Shown here: positions 9,257 to 19,047 of the stretch, piece after piece
Layout: each line of letters opens with the position of its first letter
Numbering within the stretch: position 1 is the stretch's first letter
NCBI GenBank assembly: GCA_037445185.1
Contig: JBBIKZ010000001.1
Coordinates: 27,485-91,484, forward strand
Length of the DNA stretch: 64,000 nucleotides
Direction: 5' to 3'
DNA from: Hydrogenophilales bacterium
GTDB taxonomy: Bacteria > Pseudomonadota > Gammaproteobacteria > Burkholderiales > Thiobacillaceae
Notes under the pieces: model-generated
Told to the model about the DNA's origin: nothing
Database searches by the model: none
Seen by the model: the letters and a program-made list of their open reading frames with translations, nothing else
Position numbers and translations under genes: made by a program

Positions 9257-9574
9257 ATGGATGATGGCGATTACGGTCGTCTGGCCGATGAAGCGATGCA
9301 GCGCATCGAGGCGGGTCTGGATGCCGCCGACGGCGATTTCGACCATGAATTGGCTGCCGGCGGCGTGCTGGAGATCGCCTGCGCGAACGGTTCCAAGATC
9401 GTCGTGAACCGTCAGGCCGCCGCGCACGAGATCTGGGTGGCCGCGCGTTCGGGCGGTTTCCACTATCGCTGGGATGGCAGCCGCTGGCGGGATACGCGAT
9501 CCGGGGAAGAGTTGTTTGCCGCGCTCGAACGCCTGCTGGCCGAACAGGGGGCCGGCACGGTCCGGTTCGCCTGA
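9257..9574 (+). CDS. cyaY: frataxin homologue CyaY
   Basis: 105 aa from ATG 9257 (…EIWVAARSGGFHYRWDGSRWRDTRSGEELFAAL…). Confidence 0.85.
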   Translation: MDDGDYGRLADEAMQRIEAGLDAADGDFDHELAAGGVLEIACANGSKIVVNRQAAAHEIWVAARSGGFHYRWDGSRWRDTRSGEELFAALERLLAEQGAGTVRFA

Positions 9575-9613
9575 ACGCTCGGGCCGGCGAGGCTGTGGGC
9601 GGCGGTGCGCGTC

Positions 9614-10177
9614 ATGGCGAATGAGGCCTTGTTCGTCCATCTGCCCGAGCTGACCGAGCAGCTCGGCGCGGAGCACGTGCAGGCGTTGCTCGATCGCGTC
9701 GAGGTCTTGCGCCTCGAGACGGGCACGGTGCTGATCCGCGATCAGGCCCCCATGGAGACGTTCCATCTCTTGCTGGAGGGCACGCTCGCGCTGTCCATCG
9801 AACTCGATGGCCACACCATCCAGCTGGGCGAGCTCAAGCCCGGCAACTGGATCGGCGAGGTCGCCTATCTGTCGGGATCGCCGACGGCCTGTGCCACCGT
9901 GACGGCCACCCGCGAGGTCACGCTCGCACGGTTGTCGTATGCGGATTTCGAGGCGATGGTGGCCGAGGATCCCATCGCCGCCTGTCGGCTGATGCACGGC
10001 TTCATCCTCATGCTCATCCGCCGCCTGCGCGTGACGGCCAACGACCCCATCCTGGATCCCGACGGCCAGTTCCACATCTACGGCGAGCTGTCGGTGCCCT
10101 GGGATGACCTCGCCCAGCATCGCCACAGCGTGCTGGATTTTCTCAAACGGCTGCTGGGGGGCGCGGATGCTGCTTAA
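9614..10177 (+). CDS. cyclic-nucleotide-binding (CAP_ED) domain protein with no effector domain
   Basis: About 187 aa with a beta-roll: …GTVLIRDQAPMETFHLLLEGTLAL…GNWIGEVAYLSGSPTACATVTA…. Start could also be GTG 9605. Confidence 0.7.
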   Translation: MANEALFVHLPELTEQLGAEHVQALLDRVEVLRLETGTVLIRDQAPMETFHLLLEGTLALSIELDGHTIQLGELKPGNWIGEVAYLSGSPTACATVTATREVTLARLSYADFEAMVAEDPIAACRLMHGFILMLIRRLRVTANDPILDPDGQFHIYGELSVPWDDLAQHRHSVLDFLKRLLGGADAA

Positions 10178-10640
10178 GCGATTTCTGCACACGCTGCCGG
10201 GCTTCGAGCGGATGTCTGAGCAGGATGTCGAGCACATCGCGGCCGCCATGCGGGTGGACGACTATCCCGACGGCCATGTCTTCGTCTATCAGGACAAGCT
10301 GGCCAGGGAACTCTTTCTCGTCCTGGATGGCAGGGTGAGCGTGTGCCGCTATGGCAGGACGGGCAAGTACTACTGCCTCAAGACCCTGGGGCCGGGCGAA
10401 TTCTTCGGCCTGCTCTCCCTCGCCGAGGGCGCGCCGTCGGAGGCCAGTTGCGTCGCGGCGGGGCCGGTGCGCGTGGCGCACCTGCCGTTCAGCGCCTTCA
10501 CCCTGCTCAATCAGCCCGATTCGCAGATCGGCTGTCGCTTCCAGTTCGTCATCGCCAGCCAGCTCGCGCGCGACCTCAACGACCGTCACCGCGCATTGCG
10601 GGAACTGCTCGCCCGCATCTACGGCGCCAAGCCGGCCTAG
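10167..10640 (+). CDS. cyclic-nucleotide-binding (CAP_ED) domain protein with no effector domain
   Basis: 157 aa from ATG 10167, overlapping the upstream stop by 11 nt. …GHVFVYQDKLARELFLVLDGRVSV…GEFFGLLSLAEGAPSEASCVAA…. Confidence 0.7.
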   Translation: MLLKRFLHTLPGFERMSEQDVEHIAAAMRVDDYPDGHVFVYQDKLARELFLVLDGRVSVCRYGRTGKYYCLKTLGPGEFFGLLSLAEGAPSEASCVAAGPVRVAHLPFSAFTLLNQPDSQIGCRFQFVIASQLARDLNDRHRALRELLARIYGAKPA

Positions 10641-10670
10641 GCGCGGACGCCTGGCATTACGGCGCCGGGC

Positions 10671-12065
10671 TCATGGGTGGGTCCGTTCCAGTTCCAGGCG
10701 CGCGCGGGCGATGGCGGCGCGCACCTGCGCAGGGGCGGTGCCGCCCGGATGGTCACGCGCGCTGAGCGATCCCTCCAGGGTGAGGACGTCATAGACGTCC
10801 TCGGCGATCAGGCTGGAGAAGGTCTGCAGGTCGGCCAGCGGCAGTTGCGCCAAGTCGCAGCCGCTCGTTTCGGCCAGGCGTACGGCGCGTGCCACCGCCT
10901 CGTGCGCCTCACGGAAGGGCAGGCCGCGTTTGACCAGATAGTCCGCCAGATCGGTGGCGGTGGCGTGGCCTTCGACCGCGGCCCGGCGCATGGCCTCGGC
11001 GTTGACCCGGATGCCGGGCACCAGTGCGGCGAACAGGGACAGGGAATCGATGAGGGTGTCGGCGGCGTCGAACAGGGGCTCCTTGTCCTCCTGGTTGTCT
11101 TTGTTATAGGCCAGGGGCTGGCCCTTCATCAGGGTGAGCAGGGCGATCAGGTGTCCGTTCATGCGCCCCGTCTTGCCGCGCATCAATTCTGGCACGTCCG
11201 GGTTCTTCTTCTGCGGCATGATGGACGAACCGGTACAGAAGCGGTCAGGCAGGTCGATGAAGGCGAAGCGGGGGGTCATCCACAGGACGATTTCCTCCGA
11301 CATGCGCGATAGGTGGGTCATGATGAGCGCCCCGGCGGCGAGGAATTCGATGGCGAAGTCGCGGTCGGACACCGCGTCCAGGGAGTTCTCGCACACCGCC
11401 TCGAAGCCCAGTTCGCGCGCGACGAACTCGCGGTCGATGGGGAAGCTGGTGCCGGCCAGTGCCGCCGCGCCGAGGGGCAGGCGGTTGACCCGCCGACGGC
11501 AGTCGGCCAGGCGCTCCGCATCGCGCCTGAACATCTCCTGCCAGGCCATGAGATGGTGGCCGAAGGTGACCGGTTGGGCGGCCTGGAGGTGGGTGAAACC
11601 GGGCATCACCGTGTCGGCATGCTGCTCGGCCTGGTCCAGCAGGGCAAGCCGGGCCTGGCGTAGCAGGGCCTGGATGCGGTCGATGGCGTCCCTCAGCCAC
11701 AGGCGCACGTCGGTGGCGACCTGGTCGTTGCGCGAGCGGCCGGTGTGCAGCCGCTTGCCGGCCTCGCCGATCTTGCGCGTGAGCGCCCGCTCGATGTTGA
11801 AATGTACATCCTCGTCGTCAAGATTCCAGACGAAGCTGCCGTTATCGATCTCGGCAAGGATTTCCGAGAGCCCGCGGCGGATGTCGGCGAGATCGGCATC
11901 GCTCAGGATGCCGGTTTGGTTGAGCATGGCGGCGTGCGCGAGCGACGCCTGGATGTCGAACGGGGCCAGTCGCCAATCGAAGGGGATGGAGGCGGTATAG
12001 CGCTTGACGCGCTCGTCCACCGGTTCGCTGAAGCGTCCGGACCAGGTGGCGGCGAGGTCTGCCAT
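10671..12065 (-). CDS. argH: argininosuccinate lyase
   Basis: 464 aa from ATG 12065 ([33 protein letters not shown]…), with fumarate-lyase signature [12 protein letters not shown]. Confidence 0.95.
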   Translation of the reverse strand: MADLAATWSGRFSEPVDERVKRYTASIPFDWRLAPFDIQASLAHAAMLNQTGILSDADLADIRRGLSEILAEIDNGSFVWNLDDEDVHFNIERALTRKIGEAGKRLHTGRSRNDQVATDVRLWLRDAIDRIQALLRQARLALLDQAEQHADTVMPGFTHLQAAQPVTFGHHLMAWQEMFRRDAERLADCRRRVNRLPLGAAALAGTSFPIDREFVARELGFEAVCENSLDAVSDRDFAIEFLAAGALIMTHLSRMSEEIVLWMTPRFAFIDLPDRFCTGSSIMPQKKNPDVPELMRGKTGRMNGHLIALLTLMKGQPLAYNKDNQEDKEPLFDAADTLIDSLSLFAALVPGIRVNAEAMRRAAVEGHATATDLADYLVKRGLPFREAHEAVARAVRLAETSGCDLAQLPLADLQTFSSLIAEDVYDVLTLEGSLSARDHPGGTAPAQVRAAIARARLELERTHP

Positions 12066-12170
12066 GGGCGTGGGTTGAGGGGTTAAATTAACAGACTCAA
12101 TAGACGGGCAACGGCGACCCCTTCCGTGCAGTCGGATCGCGGGCCGCAGGCAGGAGTTCGAGGTGTGATT

Positions 12171-13190
12171 ATGCCAAACCGTACGGCTGTGCAACTGCCG
12201 GATTTTCGCAATCTGGGGGTCTTGTTGCGCGCCGCGCTGGCGGTGCAGGTGCTGGCGCTGGCGGCGGCCGTGGTCGACAGCCCGGACCTGGCCGACGTGG
12301 CTACCGCCTTTCTGGGCATGGCCGCGGTGCTGCAGCCGCCCTTGTTGCTCATGTTGCTGTTGGCCTACTTGGGCGCACCCTGGTTGCTGCGGCAGCCCTA
12401 TCACCTCGGTGTCGCGGTCATCGTCATGCTGAGCGCGCTGGTCACCATGCTGTGGCACATGGTGTTGCATCTGCGCTTTCCGGACACCGAGCAGGGCAGC
12501 GTCATGCGCGCGGTGCTGCTATCAGGCGGGACCACGCTTGCGGTGGTGGCCTATTTCGATTGGCGCCACCGCGTGCTCTCCCCCGCGCTGGCGGAGGCGA
12601 GGCTACAGGCGCTGCAATCGCGCATCCGGCCGCACTTCCTCTACAACAGCCTGAACACCGTCCTGTCCCTCGTGCGTCACTCCCCAAGCCAAGCCGAGGA
12701 GGTACTGGCCAATCTGGCCGATCTGTTCCGTGTACACATGGCGGACAACCGGCAGCTCTCCCCCCTGTCCAGGGAGATCGAACTCGCCCGCGCCTATGCG
12801 GGGCTCGAGCAGATCCGCCTCGGCGAGCGGCTGAAGCTGACCTGGAAGGTCGACAACGCGCCCGCCGATGCCCTGCTGCCGCCCCTGGTGCTGCAGCCGC
12901 TGCTGGAGAATGCCATCTATCACGGCGTGGAGGGCAGCCCGTCCGGTGGCGAGGTGCGTGTGGACGTCTTCGCGCGCGACAACCAGCTCCATCTGGTCTT
13001 GCGTAACCCCACCCAGGCGGGGGGCGAGCGTCGCGGTGGCAATCGCATGGCCCTGTCCAATATCCGCGAGCGACTGGCCCTGCACTTCGACGCCGATGCC
13101 CGTCTGACCACCCACGAGGTGGCGGGGGAATTCATCGTGCAGGCGGTGATGCCGTTGCGCCGGGGGACGCCGGATGCAGCCGCAAGCTGA
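12171..13190 (+). CDS. algZ: LytS/AlgZ(FimS)-type sensor histidine kinase
   Basis: Multi-TM N-terminus, then His_kinase/HATPase_c region (…[14 protein letters not shown]…[13 protein letters not shown]…). Lies between argH and a LytTR regulator, as in Pseudomonas. Confidence 0.75.
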   Translation: MPNRTAVQLPDFRNLGVLLRAALAVQVLALAAAVVDSPDLADVATAFLGMAAVLQPPLLLMLLLAYLGAPWLLRQPYHLGVAVIVMLSALVTMLWHMVLHLRFPDTEQGSVMRAVLLSGGTTLAVVAYFDWRHRVLSPALAEARLQALQSRIRPHFLYNSLNTVLSLVRHSPSQAEEVLANLADLFRVHMADNRQLSPLSREIELARAYAGLEQIRLGERLKLTWKVDNAPADALLPPLVLQPLLENAIYHGVEGSPSGGEVRVDVFARDNQLHLVLRNPTQAGGERRGGNRMALSNIRERLALHFDADARLTTHEVAGEFIVQAVMPLRRGTPDAAAS

Positions 13191-13986
13191 GCCCACGCCG
13201 GCTGTTCCCGCCGCGGCACAGGCCGGGGCGCTGCAGACAATGGCTGCCGCCGCTTCACCTGTGCGGATCCTCATCGCCGATGACGAGCCCCCGGCCCGGC
13301 AGCGGCTGCGCGACCTGCTGTCGGATGCGGCGCAGCAGTATCCGAATCGGGTGGTAGGCGAGGCGGGCAACGGTCTCGAGGCGATCGAGCAGGTGCTCGC
13401 CTGTCAACCCGATGTCGTGCTGATGGACATCGAGATGCCGGGTATCAACGGCCTTGAGGCGGCACGTCATCTGCTCAGTATGCCCCGCCGCCCGGCCGTG
13501 GTGTTCGTCACCGCCCACGATGAATTCGCGCTCAAGGCCTTCGAGGTGCGTGCCCTCGACTATCTGATGAAGCCGGTGCGTCTGGCCAGGCTCACCGAGG
13601 CCCTCGCCCGCGTGCGGCCGCTGCGGCCCGAGGACGCCGAGGCGCTCGCGCCGCGTCGGCACTTCTGCTCGACCGAGCGGGGGCGGGTCTGGCTGGTGCC
13701 GGTGGAGGACGTGCTTTACCTGCGCGCCGAGCTGAAATACGTCACCGCCCGCACCCGGCAACGGGAATACCTGCTCAACGAGTCCCTCGTGCACCTGGAG
13801 CAGGAGTTTTCCGGTGACTATCTGCGCATCCACCGCAATTGCCTGGTGGCGCGTCGGCATCTGGCCGGTTTCGAACGCGTCGGCGAGGGCGAGGAGCAGC
13901 GCTGGGTCGCCGTGCTTAAGGACTGGCCGGAGCGCTTGCCGGTCTCGCGCCGACAGCAGCACGTCATCCGCGAATTCAGGGGTTGA
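13174..13986 (+). CDS. algR: LytR/AlgR-family response regulator (REC + LytTR)
   Basis: …VRILIADDEPPARQRLRDLL…VVLMDIEMPGINGLE… plus a C-terminal LytTR domain. Start is ambiguous: ATG 13174 overlaps algZ, and ATG 13240 is an alternative. Confidence 0.8.
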   Translation: MQPQAEPTPAVPAAAQAGALQTMAAAASPVRILIADDEPPARQRLRDLLSDAAQQYPNRVVGEAGNGLEAIEQVLACQPDVVLMDIEMPGINGLEAARHLLSMPRRPAVVFVTAHDEFALKAFEVRALDYLMKPVRLARLTEALARVRPLRPEDAEALAPRRHFCSTERGRVWLVPVEDVLYLRAELKYVTARTRQREYLLNESLVHLEQEFSGDYLRIHRNCLVARRHLAGFERVGEGEEQRWVAVLKDWPERLPVSRRQQHVIREFRG

Positions 13987-14025
13987 CCGCCGGCGCCAAG
14001 CCCTGGTCAGGGGGGTGGCAACGCC

Positions 14026-14544
14026 TCAGGAGGCGCCCGCCGGGGCAGCCTGCACGGGCAGCGAACCGGTCGTCGCGCCAAGACGGGCCAGGGCCTCCTC
14101 GATGGCGAGATCGAGCTCGTAGCCGTAATGGTCCACCGTCGTGATCCCCACCATGGGCTTGGTGAGGGGTTGTCCCTGATGGTCGAACAGCATGACCGTG
14201 GGGACCAGGTAGACGCCCAGTCGTTTGGCGAACTCGCCCTGGGTGATGCGTTTGCCGTCGAAGTCGCGCAAGGCCTGGCCGCTGCGGGTCTGCACGCGGC
14301 GCATGACCAGCTTGCGTTGATAGTCCGGGTTGCGGCTGGTGGGGATGAGCACCTCGTTCAGGGCCAACTCGCAGTAGGGACAGCGGGCGGCGACGAAGAC
14401 CACCAGCACGGCGGCCCCTTTGGCACGGGCCTCGGCAGCGTCTTGCTGCAGATCGCGCGCGAAGGGCACGCCCTCGCTCGCCAGGGCGGCCGGCACGCCC
14501 CATGCTACAATCCAAGCCAGCAAGGCCAGCCATCTCGCCATCAT
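14026..14544 (-). CDS. periplasmic thioredoxin-fold protein (CPYC motif)
   Basis: 172 aa with signal peptide [22 protein letters not shown], then …[12 protein letters not shown]…. Confidence 0.7.
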   Translation of the reverse strand: MMARWLALLAWIVAWGVPAALASEGVPFARDLQQDAAEARAKGAAVLVVFVAARCPYCELALNEVLIPTSRNPDYQRKLVMRRVQTRSGQALRDFDGKRITQGEFAKRLGVYLVPTVMLFDHQGQPLTKPMVGITTVDHYGYELDLAIEEALARLGATTGSLPVQAAPAGAS

Positions 14545-14616
14545 CGCTCACACATCTGCGTCGCGCCGAAACGAGGATCATACGGATTGGCAAACGGTTC
14601 CCAGAATAGTGCAAAC

Positions 14617-15549
14617 ATGCCGCAACGCCTGGTGATTGCGACACGGGAAAGCCAGCTCGCTATGTGGCAGGCAAAGCACATCCAGACCCGCCTGAGCGAC
14701 CGCCATCCCGCGCTGGAGGTGGCGCTGCTCGGCATGACTACGCGGGGGGACCAGATCCTCGATGCGCCCCTCGCCCGCATCGGTGGCAAGGGGCTGTTCG
14801 TCAAGGAGCTGGAGCAGGCCATGCAGGATGGTCGGGCCGATCTGGCCGTCCACTCCATGAAGGACGTGCCCATGGACCTGCCCGCGGGTTTCGTCCTGGC
14901 GGCCATCACCGCGCGGGAGGATCCGCGCGATGCCTTCGTCTCCAACCGCTATCGGGGTCTGAGCGAACTGCCCGCCGGCGCGCGTGTGGGCACCGCCAGT
15001 CTGCGTCGCCAGGCCCAGATCCGTGCCGCCCACCCCGGCCTGGTGGTCGACACCCTGCGCGGCAACGTCAACACCCGGCTGCGCAAGCTGGACGAGGGGC
15101 AATACGACGCCATCATCCTCGCCGCCGCCGGCTTGAAGCGCCTTGGGCTCGCGCATCGCATCGCCGCCCTGCTCTCGCCCGAGGAGAGCCTGCCCGCCGT
15201 GGGCCAGGGCGCGCTGGGCCTGGAGACCCTGACGGCGCGCGAGGATGTGGCGGCACTGCTCGCCTGCCTCAACGACGCCGAGACCGCCGCCTGCGTGCGC
15301 GCCGAACGGGCCATGAGCCGGGCGCTGCAGGGCGGCTGTCAGGCGCCCATCGGCGGCTATGCCCGTGTCGAGGGCGGCCGACTGCGGCTCGCCGCTTTCG
15401 TCTCCGACCTGGAAGGGGTGCGCTTCTACCGCGCCGAGGACTGGGGCGAGACGGGCGACCCCGAGGCGCTCGGTGTGCGCGTGGCCGAGGCGCTGCTCGC
15501 CCAGGGGGCGGATCGGGTGCTGGCGGAACTCGTCCATCGCGCGTCCTGA
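14617..15549 (+). CDS. hemC: porphobilinogen deaminase (hydroxymethylbilane synthase)
   Basis: 310 aa from ATG 14617 ([21 protein letters not shown]…[11 protein letters not shown]…). Confidence 0.95.
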   Translation: MPQRLVIATRESQLAMWQAKHIQTRLSDRHPALEVALLGMTTRGDQILDAPLARIGGKGLFVKELEQAMQDGRADLAVHSMKDVPMDLPAGFVLAAITAREDPRDAFVSNRYRGLSELPAGARVGTASLRRQAQIRAAHPGLVVDTLRGNVNTRLRKLDEGQYDAIILAAAGLKRLGLAHRIAALLSPEESLPAVGQGALGLETLTAREDVAALLACLNDAETAACVRAERAMSRALQGGCQAPIGGYARVEGGRLRLAAFVSDLEGVRFYRAEDWGETGDPEALGVRVAEALLAQGADRVLAELVHRAS

Positions 15550-15568
15550 GCGAGGCCGGAGGGGTGCC

Positions 15569-16351
15569 GTGAATCCGTCCCGCCCTCTGACCGGGGTCGG
15601 TGTGCTGGTGACCCGCCCGCAGGGACAGGCCCGGCGCTTCATGGCGCGCATCGTCGGCTTGGGCGGCGAGGCCTGGTGGCTGCCCGGCCTGGAGATCGTG
15701 CCCCCCACGGACATGACCGGCTTTCTCCAGGTGGTGGACGCGCTGGAGGACCTCGACTGGGTGGTGTTCGTCAGTCCCACCGCCGTGGAACAGTCCTGGC
15801 CGGCCATCGCCGCGCGCGGCGGCCTGCCGGCCAGGGTGCGGGTGGCGGCCGTCGGCCGAGGCAGCCGGCGCGCGCTCGGCGAGCGGGGCGTGCCGGACGT
15901 CCTCGTCCCGGAAGGGCAGGCGGACAGCGAGCATCTGCTCGCCCTGCCCGAGCTGCAGCACCTCGCCGGGCAGCGGGTCGCCCTGTTCCGTGGCGAAGGG
16001 GGGCGCACCCTGCTGGCGCAGACCCTGGCCGCCCGCGGTGCCGAGGTGCTGCATGCCGTGTGCTATCGGCGCGTGCTGCCCAGCGCGGAGGTCGCGCCGG
16101 TCCTGCGCGCCTGGCAGGCTGGGCGGATCCAGGCGGTCACCGCCTTCAGCCGCGACAGCCTGGACGGCCTCCTCATTCTGCTCACCCCTGCCGGCAGCGA
16201 ACTGTTGTGCGACACCCCGCTGTTCGTCCCCCATCCCCGCATCGCCGAGCATGCCCGCGCGCTGGGCATCGAGCGGACCTATGTCACCCCGGCGGGGGAG
16301 GACGGCGTGTTGCAGGCCCTGACGGAGCACTTCGCCCATGTCCCAACCTGA
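15569..16351 (+). CDS. hemD: uroporphyrinogen-III synthase
   Basis: GTG 15569 (VNPSRPLTGVGVLVTRPQGQA…), HEM4 fold, position between hemC and hemX. Confidence 0.8.
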   Translation: MNPSRPLTGVGVLVTRPQGQARRFMARIVGLGGEAWWLPGLEIVPPTDMTGFLQVVDALEDLDWVVFVSPTAVEQSWPAIAARGGLPARVRVAAVGRGSRRALGERGVPDVLVPEGQADSEHLLALPELQHLAGQRVALFRGEGGRTLLAQTLAARGAEVLHAVCYRRVLPSAEVAPVLRAWQAGRIQAVTAFSRDSLDGLLILLTPAGSELLCDTPLFVPHPRIAEHARALGIERTYVTPAGEDGVLQALTEHFAHVPT

Positions 16352-17456
16352 GACAGCCGCAGGCAGTGAGCCCATGGCGACGCAGCCGACGCAGGCCGCA
16401 GCGGATGCCGGCGGGCGCGGTGCCGCCGCCCCGGCGGCGGCACAGCCGGTCGCGCAGCATGCGCCGCAGCCTCGCCACGCCTGGCTCAACCCCGCCCTGG
16501 TGCTGGCGGTCGTGGCCGTGCTGGCCGTACTGGCCGTGGCCTGGAACACCCTCAACCGGCTGCAGGACATGGAGCTGCAACTGGCCCGACGCATCGGCGA
16601 GTTCGACGCGGCCGGCCGCGAGGCGCGCAACGCGGCGCGGGATGCCAACGCCATTCTGAGCGATCTGACCGCGCGGCTCTCCGCCCTGGAAAATCGCGCC
16701 CAGGAGGCGCAGAACCAGCAGCTGGCGCTGGCCGCCATGTACCAGGAGCTGGCGCGCAGCCAGGACGAACGGGTGGTGGCCGATATCGAGCAGACCCTGC
16801 TGCTGGCGCAGCAGCAGCTCAAGCTGGCGGTCAACGTGCGCGCCGCGCTGATCGCCCTGGAGGCGGCCGAGGCGCGGCTGGCCCGTCTGGGCAAACCCCA
16901 GTTCAGCAGTCTTCAGGAGGCCATCGGCCGCGACATCGCCCGGCTCAAGCTGCTGCCGGCGGCCGACATCGCCGGCATCAATGCCCGGCTGGACGTGCTG
17001 GTGCAGAACGTGGACAAACTCAAGTTGGACACCGACCTCACCCCCGCCGAACCCGCCTCGGTGCCACCCGCCGCGGCGGGACGCTGGCAGCGGCTCTGGC
17101 AGGAGACCTGGAGCGAGCTCAAGCAGCTGGTGCGGGTGCGGCGTATGGACAAGACCGACCCTGCCCTCTTGGCGCCCGAGCAGGCCTGGTTTCTCAGGGA
17201 GAATTTGAAGCTGAGGCTGCTGGCCGCGCGGCTGGCCATGCTCAACCGCGATGAGGAGACCTTCAGGAACGATCTGGCCATCGCCCAGGATTGGGTGCAG
17301 CGTCATTTCCATGCGCAGGATGCCCTCACGAGGTCGATGTTGGCGAGTCTGCGCGAGCTGGCGTCGCTGCCCGTCGCCCAGCAGGAGGCCGATTTGACCG
17401 ACAGCATCAAGGCCTTGCGTGGCCTGCGCTTCGACCACGAGGACGGGGCAGGGTGA
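16338..17456 (+). CDS. hemX: HemX family membrane protein
   Basis: 372 aa with Ala/Pro-rich N-terminus, one TM and a long coiled-coil. Overlaps hemD by 14 nt; conserved position. Confidence 0.75.
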   Translation: MSQPETAAGSEPMATQPTQAAADAGGRGAAAPAAAQPVAQHAPQPRHAWLNPALVLAVVAVLAVLAVAWNTLNRLQDMELQLARRIGEFDAAGREARNAARDANAILSDLTARLSALENRAQEAQNQQLALAAMYQELARSQDERVVADIEQTLLLAQQQLKLAVNVRAALIALEAAEARLARLGKPQFSSLQEAIGRDIARLKLLPAADIAGINARLDVLVQNVDKLKLDTDLTPAEPASVPPAAAGRWQRLWQETWSELKQLVRVRRMDKTDPALLAPEQAWFLRENLKLRLLAARLAMLNRDEETFRNDLAIAQDWVQRHFHAQDALTRSMLASLRELASLPVAQQEADLTDSIKALRGLRFDHEDGAG

Positions 17457-18019
17457 TGCGTGTCCTGTTCTGGTTCGTCCTGCTGGCGGCCCTGGCGCTG
17501 GCCTTGCTCCTGCTGCTGCGGGCCGATCACGGCTACGTCCTGGTGGTCTTCCCGCCGTGGCGGGTGGAGTTGTCGGTCGCCCTCGTGCTCGGCCTGCTGA
17601 TCCTCTCCCACGTGCTGTTCTACCTCTTGGTGCGGCTCGCGCGCACGACGCTGCGTCTGCCCAGGGACGTCCGATCCTGGCGCGCACGCCGACGGCGCGG
17701 CCTGGCCGAGGACGCCCTCACACGCGCCATCGGGGCCCTGCTGGCGGGCCAGTCCGCCCATGCCCTCAAGCTCGCGCGACAATCGATCGAGCACAGCCCC
17801 CTTCCCCTCGCCGCCCTGGTCGGTGCCCGTGCGGCCCTGGCCATGGGGGAGATCGAGGCGGCGCAGGCCCTGCTGGACAAGGTCGACACCGACCAGGGCG
17901 AGTTGGTCGCGGCGCGTCAGGCGCTCGCCCGGGAACTGGATCGCAACGGGGTCGCGCCGCCCGCCCAGGACAAGCCGGCGCTATCGCCCGGCACGGTTCA
18001 GGCCGACGGCCCGCTCTGA
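17456..18019 (+). CDS. hemY: HemY N-terminal-domain protein (short form)
   Basis: 187 aa from ATG 17456 (overlaps the hemX TGA). Two N-terminal TM helices (MRVLFWFVLLAALALALLLLL…) as in HemY_N, but no long TPR region. Confidence 0.6.
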   Translation: MRVLFWFVLLAALALALLLLLRADHGYVLVVFPPWRVELSVALVLGLLILSHVLFYLLVRLARTTLRLPRDVRSWRARRRRGLAEDALTRAIGALLAGQSAHALKLARQSIEHSPLPLAALVGARAALAMGEIEAAQALLDKVDTDQGELVAARQALARELDRNGVAPPAQDKPALSPGTVQADGPL

Positions 18020-19017
18020 TAGTCGAACGCGTCGGAATAGAATTCCTCCGCCGGCAGCCCCCGGGCCAGAAAATCGCGCCGCGCCGCCGCCACCATGACC
18101 GGCGCGCCGCAGGCATAGACCTGATAGCCCGACAGGTCGGGGAAATCTGCCAGCACGGCCTCGTGCACGTGGCCGGTGCGCCCGGTCCAGTGCTCCTCCG
18201 GCAGGGGGGCCTGGATGACGGGGATGAAGCTGAAGTTGTCGTGCGCCTGCTGCCAGCGCGCGGGCAGCTCCGGCATGTACAGGTCGCGCACGGCGCGCGC
18301 CCCCCAGTACAGCACCATCTGCCGGTCGACGTGGTGGTGGAAGGCGTGGGTGAGGATGCTCTTGATCGGCGCGAAGCCGGTGCCGCCGGCGACGAAGATC
18401 GCCGGCTTGTCCGACTCGCGCAGGAAGAAGCTGCCCAGGGGGCCCTGGATGCGCAGGATGTCCTTCACCTTCATCACGTTGAAGATGTGGTCGGTGAAGA
18501 AGCCGCCCGGCACGTGCCGCGCGTGCAGTTCCAGGAGGGCATCCTCCTCCGGCGCGTTGGCGAGCGAGAAGCTGCGCCGCCTGCCGTCCTTGAGCAGGAA
18601 GTCGATGTATTGGCCGGGCAGGAACTGCAGCCGCTCGCTCGCGGGCAGTTTCAGCCAGATGCCCATGACGTCGTGGCAGAGCCGCTCCAGGCGCTCCACC
18701 CGGCAGGGCAGGGTCTTGACCGGGATGTCCTTGACGGCGGTGACCTCGCGCGCCTCGATGACCAGGTCCTCCAGCGGCTTGGCGCAGCAGAGCAGGGCGT
18801 AGCCCTGTTTCCTGTCCTCGGCGGTGAGCGTGCCCTCCTGGGCCTCGCCGTAGTCCACCCGCCCGGCCAGGATCTTGCCCTTGCAGGCGCCGCAGGCACC
18901 GTTGCGGCAACCGTAGGGCAGACTGAGGCCCGCCTCCAGCGCCGCCTCGAGCACGGTCTGGCCGCCTTGCACGCTAAACTGATGGCCGCTGGGCTGTATG
19001 GTCACCTGGTAAGACAT
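17998..19017 (-). CDS. 2Fe-2S ferredoxin / FNR-type flavin reductase fusion (CDP-6-deoxy-delta-3,4-glucoseen reductase-like)
   Basis: 339 aa from ATG 19017. Plant-type cluster CRNGACGACKG…C, FAD motif RSFSLAN, NAD motif FVAGGTGFAP. Confidence 0.85.
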   Translation of the reverse strand: MSYQVTIQPSGHQFSVQGGQTVLEAALEAGLSLPYGCRNGACGACKGKILAGRVDYGEAQEGTLTAEDRKQGYALLCCAKPLEDLVIEAREVTAVKDIPVKTLPCRVERLERLCHDVMGIWLKLPASERLQFLPGQYIDFLLKDGRRRSFSLANAPEEDALLELHARHVPGGFFTDHIFNVMKVKDILRIQGPLGSFFLRESDKPAIFVAGGTGFAPIKSILTHAFHHHVDRQMVLYWGARAVRDLYMPELPARWQQAHDNFSFIPVIQAPLPEEHWTGRTGHVHEAVLADFPDLSGYQVYACGAPVMVAAARRDFLARGLPAEEFYSDAFDYQSGPSA

Positions 19018-19047
19018 CCGTCCATCCTCTAAAAAAAAGACACTCGA

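Noticed and set aside
9614-10640. Pycsar/CBASS-like cyclic-nucleotide defence module.
   Set aside because: There is no cyclase and no TIR, TM, nuclease or phospholipase effector domain. The genes sit in a conserved housekeeping neighbourhood with no mobile-element context.
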